From NCBI GenBank assembly GCA_964647725.1, contig CAZYJI010000004.1, forward strand, positions 52,633-116,632: a stretch of 64,000 bases of DNA, given 5' to 3'. The notes below the pieces were generated by a model that did no database searches, was not told the DNA's origin, and saw only the letters and a program-made list of their open reading frames with translations. Shown here one piece after another: positions 56,922 to 64,000 of this stretch (position 1 is the stretch's first letter; the number at the start of each line of letters is the position of its first letter). This DNA is from an uncultured Alphaproteobacteria bacterium (GTDB lineage: Bacteria; Pseudomonadota; Alphaproteobacteria; SHNJ01). Made by a program: the position numbers and the translations under genes.

Positions 56922-57841
56922 TATTTACCCGTTAAAATCCATTCCAAAATCGCCATGCGCATCGCAACGCCGGCGCTGACCTGATCCAGAATAATACTGT
57001 GTTTTGGATTATCGGCCACCGCCGAATCAATTTCAACCCCGCGATTCATTGGGCCGGGGTGCATCACCAAAACGTCCGGTTTGGCATGTTTCAATTTTTC
57101 CGTATCGAGCCCATAATGAAACGCATATTCGCGTTCATTCGGGATTTCATCGGTTTGCATGCGTTCTTTTTGAATGCGCAACATCATCACGATATCGGCA
57201 TCCTTGATCCCTGCCCGCAGATCGGTGAAACTTTGCACCTGTCCGCCAAAATAATTTGGCGGCATCATCGATTGTGGCGCGATCACGCGCACCTTCGCGC
57301 CCATTTTCAAAAGGATTGGAATATTGGACCGCGCCACGCGGCTGTGCGCGATATCGCCGCAAATGGCGACCGTCAATCCAGCGATATTTTTCTTGTGCTG
57401 ACGCATGGTCATCACATCCAACAAACCTTGGGTTGGATGTTCGTTATTGCCATCGCCCGCATTGATAATCGGAATTTGCAACTGTGGCGCCAATTCTTTT
57501 AAAATACCGGTTTCCGGATGCCGGATCACAAAACACGATGCGCCCATCGCCTGAATATTTTGCAACATATCCAGGAATGTCTCTCCCTTGTTCAAACTGC
57601 TGCGATCGATGGCAACGTTAATGACATCGGCACCAAGCCGTTTGGCCGCGACTTCGAATGAAATACGGGTGCGTGTGGAATCATTAAAAAATAAATTGAC
57701 CACGAACTGGCCCAACAGGATTTTTTTCAAATCCGCCGGCGTGTATTTGTTGTTTAAATCATCCGCGCGCTGAAACAGCGATTCGATTTGATTCAGCGGT
57801 AAATTAGCGGTGCTTAATAAATGGCGTGGTTCTGCGGACAT
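56921..57841 (-). CDS. pyrB: aspartate carbamoyltransferase catalytic subunit
   Basis: DSTRTRISFE, HPTQGLLD and HPGPMNRGVEI motifs. Confidence 0.97.
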   Translation of the reverse strand: MSAEPRHLLSTANLPLNQIESLFQRADDLNNKYTPADLKKILLGQFVVNLFFNDSTRTRISFEVAAKRLGADVINVAIDRSSLNKGETFLDMLQNIQAMGASCFVIRHPETGILKELAPQLQIPIINAGDGNNEHPTQGLLDVMTMRQHKKNIAGLTVAICGDIAHSRVARSNIPILLKMGAKVRVIAPQSMMPPNYFGGQVQSFTDLRAGIKDADIVMMLRIQKERMQTDEIPNEREYAFHYGLDTEKLKHAKPDVLVMHPGPMNRGVEIDSAVADNPKHSIILDQVSAGVAMRMAILEWILTGK

Positions 57842-57906
57842 GCCGCATGGTTATAATTTATTAACCGGCATTGCGCAAGGCGGGATGGTTCTTGGAGGAG
57901 TAAAAA

Positions 57907-58089
57907 TTACTCTAAGTTTTGATTTAAAAATTCAAAACCACCACCAAAGAACATCCAAGCGGCAATCACGATGATCGGGATAATGATCAAGAACCACACC
58001 CAACCCGCAATACGCCAACTGGCGGCGGATCCAAAAACTTCGTTCCAATCTGTGTCGTCGTCACTCATAAGGTTTAGTATAGCGTTCAT
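57907..58089 (-). CDS. hypothetical small membrane protein (60 aa)
   Basis: Acidic N-terminus followed by a Trp-rich TM helix (WRIAGWVWFLIIIPIIVIAAWMFF). The only support is ORF-level. Confidence 0.35.
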   Translation of the reverse strand: MNAILNLMSDDDTDWNEVFGSAASWRIAGWVWFLIIIPIIVIAAWMFFGGGFEFLNQNLE

Positions 58090-58438
58090 ATCAGGGGTTT
58101 TTGGCCAAAATATTTGAATTCACGGTTAATATTACTGTTGACAGCGGCAAAATTGTAATTTCCTTAAAAGATATTTAGTGCACAGGAATAAAAGAAAGTT
58201 AATATTCGCTTTTGTTAATCCCCCGGGGTTGGTATATAAGAGATTCGATTACGCGCGGAATTACAGTCCGCGCCACAACGCCCAAATCGCCGAGGCAATT
58301 AGGGTTGATGTGGCGGCTAATTACCGAGGCGTAAAATACGAGGCCTAGCACCTCGTTGAGATTTTTATAATGCGGAGACGTGCCACCGTGAGCGCAAAGC
58401 GCGAGCGGCAAATAAAAAGGCCACGTCGAAGCGTATGC

Positions 58439-58532
58439 GGAGACGTGGCCGAGTGGCTGAAGGCGGCGGTTTGCTAAACCGTTATACGGTTGTAAAGCCG
58501 TATCGAAGGTTCGAATCCTTTCGTCTCCGCCA
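58439..58532 (+). tRNA. tRNA-Ser (anticodon GCT), CCA encoded
   Basis: Acceptor stem ggagacg/cgtctcc, anticodon arm gcggt-ttGCTaa-accgt, a long variable arm, T-loop ttcgaat, and a 3' gcca. Confidence 0.9.
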
Positions 58533-58763
58533 TTGAGTTCCGCACAAGTTGGCGGGTTCGCGTATTCGGCGGAATTGATCCGAGATTTCAAACGCTTGTG
58601 GCGAGGTTTTATTCTCCGCTACCCACACAAGCCTACATTCTCCAGGACATTTAAAAAATTATAGGCCATTTTCTCCGACCATTTCCCGCCAGTTCGCCTT
58701 TTGGTAATATGGCGAGAGAAAAATAGCGAAAGGCGAAGTGGGTTTGGTGCGAGACTCTTTGCA

Positions 58764-60485
58764 CTAAGATTCGGCCCCGAGTAGGACTTTCTTAAAAGCA
58801 ATCCCACATTTAAATTTTCTATCTTCTGTTAAGTATTTATGGCTATTCATTAGCTCGTACTGCGACATGAATGGCAAATCTTTAATTCCAAAGTTTTCGG
58901 CCTCATGAAGCACACAAAATATGATTTTGTAATCCCCCTCTAAAACATCAATGCTTTTCTCAGGAATTATGGATTTAAAAATTGCTTTATTTTTACCCGC
59001 ATTGACTTCATCGGTATTTGTTTCAATCCAATCTGTCATTTCTTTACGACAAACCGCATCCGTTGAGAACGCTCTTGAATAAAATCGTCCTTGAGTAAAT
59101 AAATGACTAATAGATGATGCGCCGGATGAATATTTTTTGACGTGTATTAAATGCTTATCTGCAGATAATAAGTCGCATACCTCATATTTTTTTTCTGAAG
59201 CAATTGTTATCTTTGCCTGATCGAACAAAAACAAAGATCCAGAACTCTGACACGCGGCAGCATTGTATATTTCCTCCCTATTTTGATTCCTTTCAGAATC
59301 AAATATTCTTATATTGCTAGGAAGATAATCCACACTCATATTTAAGTTGTTGCTTTGAAAATATCTTTTAACTTTTTCTTGCAAATCATTTGAAACTTCT
59401 CGCCACTGGCCATTTGACAATATGTATATTTTCTCATTAAGAGTGACTTCTGCCACCACGCATTGATATGCATCCCATTTTTCATAGGTTTTTTCTTGTT
59501 CGTGGTCATAAGTGTATATAGGCCATGACTTAATTGTAGATATTTTAAGATTAGCAATGCGCCGCCTTGGGGCGGCAATCAAATCATGTATATTTAAATC
59601 TTCAAATAAGGGGGGTGTTACTTGCCCTTCTTTCTTTTTATAACAATATGAAATATCGCTAAACTCTACAAACTCAGGAGGCGCAAGGTGGATCTTAGAA
59701 AAATTTTTATTGGATATTGTTTTGCATAGGATCGTATCTAGTTGATCTGTAATTTCTGGATCAGTTTCATGTCTCAATATATCATATACCTTAAAATCAG
59801 TCTGCTTATAGTCTTCGGAATGATACCTTTCCTCCATCTTCTTACATAGCTCTACTAATTTTGCCCAATCAAGAGGAGCATTTTCCGCAAACTTAAGAGA
59901 AATGCTGTCTTTGCCTTTAAATGAATCAATTATATTTTTGTAATCTTTATGCACACACCCAGAAATGGTGCGTAATAATTCGGATTCATTATTGATACCG
60001 AAAACTTTTAAATTAGCGCCCGTACTTGCCTGGCGCTCCGTTTGCTGACTAATGGATTCGTGTACAGTGGTCTGAATTTTTCTTAGATCATCTATATCAC
60101 AAATATTCATACCCACCTTGATACCAAAGTCTCTGGTAATATGATTCTTATCAAGGTAGCTGTCCCCATGTTGGCCAAAAGTAGCTACATAGCAAATATA
60201 TGTATTTTCTACCTTAATTTTTATAGCCAATATTGCCCTAGGAAACTTATTGAAGGCGCTATATCTATATTTAGTCTCAGAAAAAGCTGAATTAAGAAAG
60301 GCAATCCAAGGCACCTGACTTTCTGTTTTTTCTGCTCCTCCACCTACCGCATATTTAATGTATGCTTCGTACCCAGCGGCTTCATTATTAATATGATCAT
60401 AATTAGATAAATCACCTTTTAAAAATGCACCAAAATCTCTACCAACTTTTATTTTATATAGGTTAACCTTTTTCAATTCTGTCAT
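58764..60485 (-). CDS. DUF6119/TIGR04141-like protein with a C-terminal PD-(D/E)xK-like motif (last gene of the island operon)
   Basis: 573-aa AT-rich ORF. The N-terminus VNLYKIK and the C-terminal block YEVCDLLSADKHLIHVKKYSSGASSISHLFTQG match my recollection of the sporadically distributed TIGR04141 family. This was not verified by a search. Confidence 0.55.
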   Translation of the reverse strand: MTELKKVNLYKIKVGRDFGAFLKGDLSNYDHINNEAAGYEAYIKYAVGGGAEKTESQVPWIAFLNSAFSETKYRYSAFNKFPRAILAIKIKVENTYICYVATFGQHGDSYLDKNHITRDFGIKVGMNICDIDDLRKIQTTVHESISQQTERQASTGANLKVFGINNESELLRTISGCVHKDYKNIIDSFKGKDSISLKFAENAPLDWAKLVELCKKMEERYHSEDYKQTDFKVYDILRHETDPEITDQLDTILCKTISNKNFSKIHLAPPEFVEFSDISYCYKKKEGQVTPPLFEDLNIHDLIAAPRRRIANLKISTIKSWPIYTYDHEQEKTYEKWDAYQCVVAEVTLNEKIYILSNGQWREVSNDLQEKVKRYFQSNNLNMSVDYLPSNIRIFDSERNQNREEIYNAAACQSSGSLFLFDQAKITIASEKKYEVCDLLSADKHLIHVKKYSSGASSISHLFTQGRFYSRAFSTDAVCRKEMTDWIETNTDEVNAGKNKAIFKSIIPEKSIDVLEGDYKIIFCVLHEAENFGIKDLPFMSQYELMNSHKYLTEDRKFKCGIAFKKVLLGAES

Positions 60486-60515
60486 TTAATAGCTCAAAAT
60501 AAAAACTAAGTAGAT

Positions 60516-60704
60516 TTAAGAAACAACATTGTCGGCGATCATTTCTCTTAGACTTTCTATACTTAAGCGTGTTCCTAAGACCTGCAGTAACTCGCTCAGC
60601 TCTTTCACTTCCTTGAGACGCGGGTCTGGAACTTTGGGCTTTAGCTTCAGATAACTATCCAAACAAAGAATCAGCTCATCTCTAATCCAAGGGGGATTAC
60701 GCAT
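60516..60704 (-). CDS. 62-aa ORF resembling the N-terminal module found on some HNH-type nucleases (stand-alone or truncated)
   Basis: The ATG lies 1 nt after the stop of the 831-aa gene (TAGaATG). The sequence is NPPWIRDELILCLDSYLKLKP...ELSELLQVLG. Confidence 0.45.
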   Translation of the reverse strand: MRNPPWIRDELILCLDSYLKLKPKVPDPRLKEVKELSELLQVLGTRLSIESLREMIADNVVS

Positions 60705-60705
60705 T

Positions 60706-63201
60706 CTATTCTACATCCGCCGAATTTAATGCCGTTGAAGTGTCAACGATTTTTGGTAAATTTTCCGCCAGTGCCAATACTACATATGCGGCCCCACGGG
60801 CCGCCATTTTCCGAAAATCATCGGCAAACTCGGCAATATTGTTGACATTATTTTGATTGGCAGCATCCGAATGCTTCTTAAAAGATCGTTCAAAACCTAG
60901 CATTAATATCCTCATGCCAAGAATATATTTTTCTGTAACAACGTCTTTAGCCACCTTTCCACGTTGCTGCATTCTATATTTCAAATGATAAACATTATCA
61001 TAATTAATTTTATATATGACTTCATTATCTCCTAGATCTTGGATATAACCACCCTCATTCTCATCAAAACCCTCGGGCCATTGCTCGACTTTATATCCCG
61101 GTATTTCTTCACCAGTTCTAGACAAGAGAACACATAAAGGAAGCCCATGCGTGGGAGCCTCTGCTCCTTTTCCTTCCCCTTGTTTGCCATCTCCCGACTT
61201 AGGCTTAGCATTTTCGCGCTTCTTTGGATCTTGAATTTCGGCTTCTTCGACGATCCTAATTTTTAGAACTTCGGATTCAATCGGAGAGGAAATAGAATCG
61301 TCTTGCAACCCCATTTTGAATGTTAACTCATTACCTACTTCTATTTTGTCTTTGGCAGGCTCAAGATAAATAATTAAGCGGCCATTATATAAATGACTTC
61401 TTATTCCGAATTTATCTCTTACACTGTCAGGAATAAGCAGATGGCCGCGATTATCGGGTCGATTCAAATACCCATTCTCGGCGTCGGTTCTAGCAGAAAT
61501 AGGGCGCGCCTTATTTATCGGAATATCAATATATCCATCCACATATTTCTCTTCTAAACGTAGAAATGTGGGGCTGAACTTACCCTCAAAATGGCCTGAA
61601 CCGCTCTCCGCACCATTTCTTCCGCCTGCCGCCGGTAAGCGTATCTGAGGATCTCTATTAGAAAGCAATCCCGCAAGATTTGGATCAGCATTTACGAGTT
61701 TTTGGAATAGCGCATTGCTCTCCGAATCTTTTGCCAATTCAAATTCTTGTTGGGCAATTTTATTCTGCAGTTCTTTTAATGCTTCGGATTCTCTAATTAC
61801 TTTTGTGATTTCATTTTTATATTTTTCACCTAATGTCGTGTTACTGACGTGCTCTCTATCACCCTTCCAAATATCATTATGTGCTCCAAATTTTAATTGG
61901 CTAGCGTCAACAATAATTACAACGCGATCCTTTAGAGCAGGCAAACCACAAGATTGAGATAAATATCCGCGTGATTGCTTAAATTGGACCTGGCCGTTCA
62001 CGGCATGAAAAACTCGAGTGTTAGACTGCCTAAGCCAGCTAGGAATGTCATGCTTCAAAGGAATCGCACTGATCGTTATTTCGCCCAGTTTTGAGTCTTT
62101 GATTTCTCCTACATGAATCTTATCTTCCGATGCTGCAGCCGCATCATCTTCTAGATCTTCCAATCCTTCTTCTTTATGCGACCTACGGAGTAAGAATTCC
62201 ATTCCATAAAAGGGGCGCGGATCTATACCCTCCGCGCGGTCACCACCGCGCTTCTTCGCCGCCTCTAGTTTTTCTTTTGTAGTAGGAAGCTGTCTAAAAT
62301 CTAAAAGCCTAAAAGGCAGGATAGTTTCCACCAAATTTTCATTTAATGCTTCACGTGAGCCTCTAAAGCTCAAGAACTTCGAATCTACTTTGTAATCATA
62401 TAGTTTAATAACGGTACCAGCACCTAGCAGAACTTGCTCATATGTTTTATTGGTCATCGTTTTGAACGGAAATAATTTATCCATTTCAAATGAAGGTATC
62501 TCTTTATTCGGAATAAAATATTCGGCTACGGGCATATTATCTCCCGCATCTGGCCGGCGGCGGACCAAAGTCCACCCCCACATTCCTTTTCCATCAAAAC
62601 GTCGAGAAATAATTAATTTATACCACTTTTCTCCGCAATAACGCAGGACACCAGATGATCCCATGTTGTATTTGCCCTGTACAAAAGGCACCCCTCTCTT
62701 ATTTCCTTTACTTAGGGATAAAAAAGTATTTTCAAAATCTTTTGGATTTTGCCCTTCACCATTATCAACAAAAGTATAACAGGGTAGCCCCTCTTTTTTA
62801 TTTTTTGCACCGGTTATACCGATCACTAGATTTTTTATTGCAAAAGTACGAAGCCAGTCATCCTTTGGATCAAGATTAACCAACTTCCCTCCACGAAGAT
62901 TTTTAACCAGCTTGTCCACCGCCTCATACATCGTTTTTGGAGCATCAGATCCTTTAGGATCAATTTTTGCTTGATATGCATGCTTTAACAAAACCGCATC
63001 AACCATATTTGTCATAAGTTCGGTAAGAGCTTTGCCACCATCCGAAGCTTGATTTGAAGTTACGTTAAAATTTGTTTCTCTGCGATCTAACGGCTCCCAA
63101 TTTTTGGAGTCGCGCATTTCTTTGTTCGCAGACAAAATTTTATCTACTTCTTCTTCCGACTCAGCATACAAAAGGGAAAGGCACAGTGATTTGCTGTCCA
63201 T
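60706..63201 (-). CDS. GHKL (Bergerat-fold, HATPase_c_3 / MORC-like) ATPase, 831 aa, with a large uncharacterised C-terminal region
   Basis: N-box ELMTNMVDA (ExxxNxxD), G1 box FVDNGEG, G2 box GKYNMGSSG. GGAG lies 8 nt upstream of the ATG. Confidence 0.8.
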   Translation of the reverse strand: MDSKSLCLSLLYAESEEEVDKILSANKEMRDSKNWEPLDRRETNFNVTSNQASDGGKALTELMTNMVDAVLLKHAYQAKIDPKGSDAPKTMYEAVDKLVKNLRGGKLVNLDPKDDWLRTFAIKNLVIGITGAKNKKEGLPCYTFVDNGEGQNPKDFENTFLSLSKGNKRGVPFVQGKYNMGSSGVLRYCGEKWYKLIISRRFDGKGMWGWTLVRRRPDAGDNMPVAEYFIPNKEIPSFEMDKLFPFKTMTNKTYEQVLLGAGTVIKLYDYKVDSKFLSFRGSREALNENLVETILPFRLLDFRQLPTTKEKLEAAKKRGGDRAEGIDPRPFYGMEFLLRRSHKEEGLEDLEDDAAAASEDKIHVGEIKDSKLGEITISAIPLKHDIPSWLRQSNTRVFHAVNGQVQFKQSRGYLSQSCGLPALKDRVVIIVDASQLKFGAHNDIWKGDREHVSNTTLGEKYKNEITKVIRESEALKELQNKIAQQEFELAKDSESNALFQKLVNADPNLAGLLSNRDPQIRLPAAGGRNGAESGSGHFEGKFSPTFLRLEEKYVDGYIDIPINKARPISARTDAENGYLNRPDNRGHLLIPDSVRDKFGIRSHLYNGRLIIYLEPAKDKIEVGNELTFKMGLQDDSISSPIESEVLKIRIVEEAEIQDPKKRENAKPKSGDGKQGEGKGAEAPTHGLPLCVLLSRTGEEIPGYKVEQWPEGFDENEGGYIQDLGDNEVIYKINYDNVYHLKYRMQQRGKVAKDVVTEKYILGMRILMLGFERSFKKHSDAANQNNVNNIAEFADDFRKMAARGAAYVVLALAENLPKIVDTSTALNSADVE

Positions 63202-63223
63202 CTAAACTTCTCCGATTTATGTT

Positions 63224-63448
63224 TTATTTCAATGAGAACTCGCCTTCGGTCGACTCCCCGGAATTCTCAAATCTATACTTACAGGCCTTAAGTTCTTTGT
63301 TCAGGGTCGAGAATACTTTGTCTATATCCCCTGCAGAATAATTGTAGCTGGCCTTATTTGATAAATTCCCAATCAATCGAATGGTTTTAATCGCGTTATT
63401 GACGCGCTTATTGGCCAACCTTATGAAATTTTCTCTCTTATCGCTCAT
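63224..63448 (-). CDS. 74-aa helical protein, first gene of the island operon
   Basis: The ATG at 63448 has GGAG upstream. The product begins MSDKRENFIRLANKRVNNAIKTIRLIGNL. The track ORF extends to 63535 through an AT-rich region. Confidence 0.55.
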   Translation of the reverse strand: MSDKRENFIRLANKRVNNAIKTIRLIGNLSNKASYNYSAGDIDKVFSTLNKELKACKYRFENSGESTEGEFSLK

Positions 63449-63582
63449 TACATTCTCCAAATAAATTAGGATTATATTCAAAATATATCGCATATATATA
63501 AAATATACGCAATATATATTTTTGAGTGCGGCCAACGGGCATCGGATATATAGTAGAGTTGGGCTTATCCACCTACATAATG

Positions 63583-63610
63583 TTGATTTTCTTGAATTTT
63601 TTCTTATAAT
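63583..63610 (+). promoter_or_regulatory. near-consensus sigma70 promoter of the methyltransferase gene (-35 TTGATT, 16-nt spacer, -10 TATAAT)
   Basis: The -10 element ends 8 nt before the ATG at 63619. This implies a leaderless or near-leaderless mRNA. Confidence 0.5.
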
Positions 63611-63618
63611 GACACCCT

Positions 63619-64000
63619 ATGTCCCGCCCTACATCCATTTATGATCTTCACTCCCATCGGTTGACCGCCTTAAAAGCGAAGTCACATAAAGAACCATGTT
63701 TCTTTGCCGTAGATTTCTTTTGCGGAGCGGGGGGCACCACTAGAGGCTTAATCGATGCCGGAGGATATGTAATTGCCGGTATTGATAACGATCGCCTATG
63801 CGGCAAGACATTTTCCGACAACAATCGTAATCTTTCATTGGACAAATCATATGCAAAATACCTGCAATATGATGTATTTCCTAAGAGGCCAGATTACCCC
63901 ACCGGCCAACAGAAAGAGCTATCTCTAGAACTCGAAAACTTAATCGGCCCCTTGCGTAAAGCATATCCGCATATCCCATTAATGTTTTCAATTTGTGCGC
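63619..64000 (+). CDS. dcm: DNA (cytosine-5)-methyltransferase, N-terminal 127 codons (continues beyond the window)
   Basis: Not in the ORF track because it is open-ended. My translation gives MSRPTSIYDL...AVDFFCGAGGTTRGL (motif I, FxGxGG) and ends ...PLMFSICA, the start of motif IV (PCQ). Confidence 0.88.
   Translation, partial: MSRPTSIYDLHSHRLTALKAKSHKEPCFFAVDFFCGAGGTTRGLIDAGGYVIAGIDNDRLCGKTFSDNNRNLSLDKSYAKYLQYDVFPKRPDYPTGQQKELSLELENLIGPLRKAYPHIPLMFSICA

Noticed and set aside
58199-58591. 130-aa minus-strand ORF
   Set aside because: It spans the tRNA-Ser gene on the opposite strand and has no coding features.
58619-58807. 62-aa minus-strand ORF at the island edge
   Set aside because: It overlaps the 3' end of the 573-aa gene in another frame. 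It has no ribosome-binding site. The region is better read as 3' UTR or boundary DNA.
1-64000. Search for CRISPR arrays, rRNA, tmRNA/SRP/RNase P RNAs, transposases, integrases and prophage genes
   Set aside because: None was recognised by eye. In particular, no integrase accompanies the tRNA-Ser island within the window, though one may lie beyond 64000. Absence cannot be proven without covariance-model or HMM searches.

Overview
The window looks like alphaproteobacterial chromosome. Housekeeping genes are tatABC, scpAB, nagZ, argS, a dGTPase-like gene, erpA, xthA, valS, recA, an lpxL-like gene, cckA, dksA, topA, dprA, plsY, pyrB and a serS start at the left edge. Wrapped around them is a large flagellar regulon: flhB-fliRQ-fliE-flgCB; csrA-flhB_CC-fliOP; cheY-motE-fliM-fliL; flgFGAH; fliX/flgI-flgJ-flgKL-fliW. 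No rRNA, CRISPR array, transposase or integrase was seen, and the only RNA gene found is tRNA-Ser(GCT). Several blocks look accessory. (1) An AT-rich island begins right after tRNA-Ser (about 58.5 kb to the window end). It carries a 5'-truncated-by-window C5 cytosine methyltransferase divergent from a tightly packed four-gene operon: 74-aa protein, 831-aa GHKL/Bergerat ATPase, 62-aa ORF, 573-aa DUF6119/TIGR04141-like protein with a PD-(D/E)xK-like motif. This is my top candidate for an undescribed defence or restriction-like system. (2) An AT-rich operon sits inside the flagellar regulon: response regulator with unknown N-domain, Hpt, di-haem cytochrome c peroxidase, hybrid histidine kinase. 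The peroxidase stop and kinase start overlap (ATGA). (3) A GIY-YIG nuclease gene is nested between the arms of a 34-bp inverted repeat, and a gene-less copy of that repeat lies 18 kb away. (4) A CDP-sugar cassette with a C-methyltransferase abuts flgL-fliW. Non-coding signals include a telomere-like G3-tract inverted repeat in the fliE-fliQ spacer, three perfect CtrA-type TTAA-N7-TTAA boxes, two sigma54-type promoters and shared TGGTATAGT extended -10 elements. All calls rest on reading the translations and sequence by eye. No database search was run.
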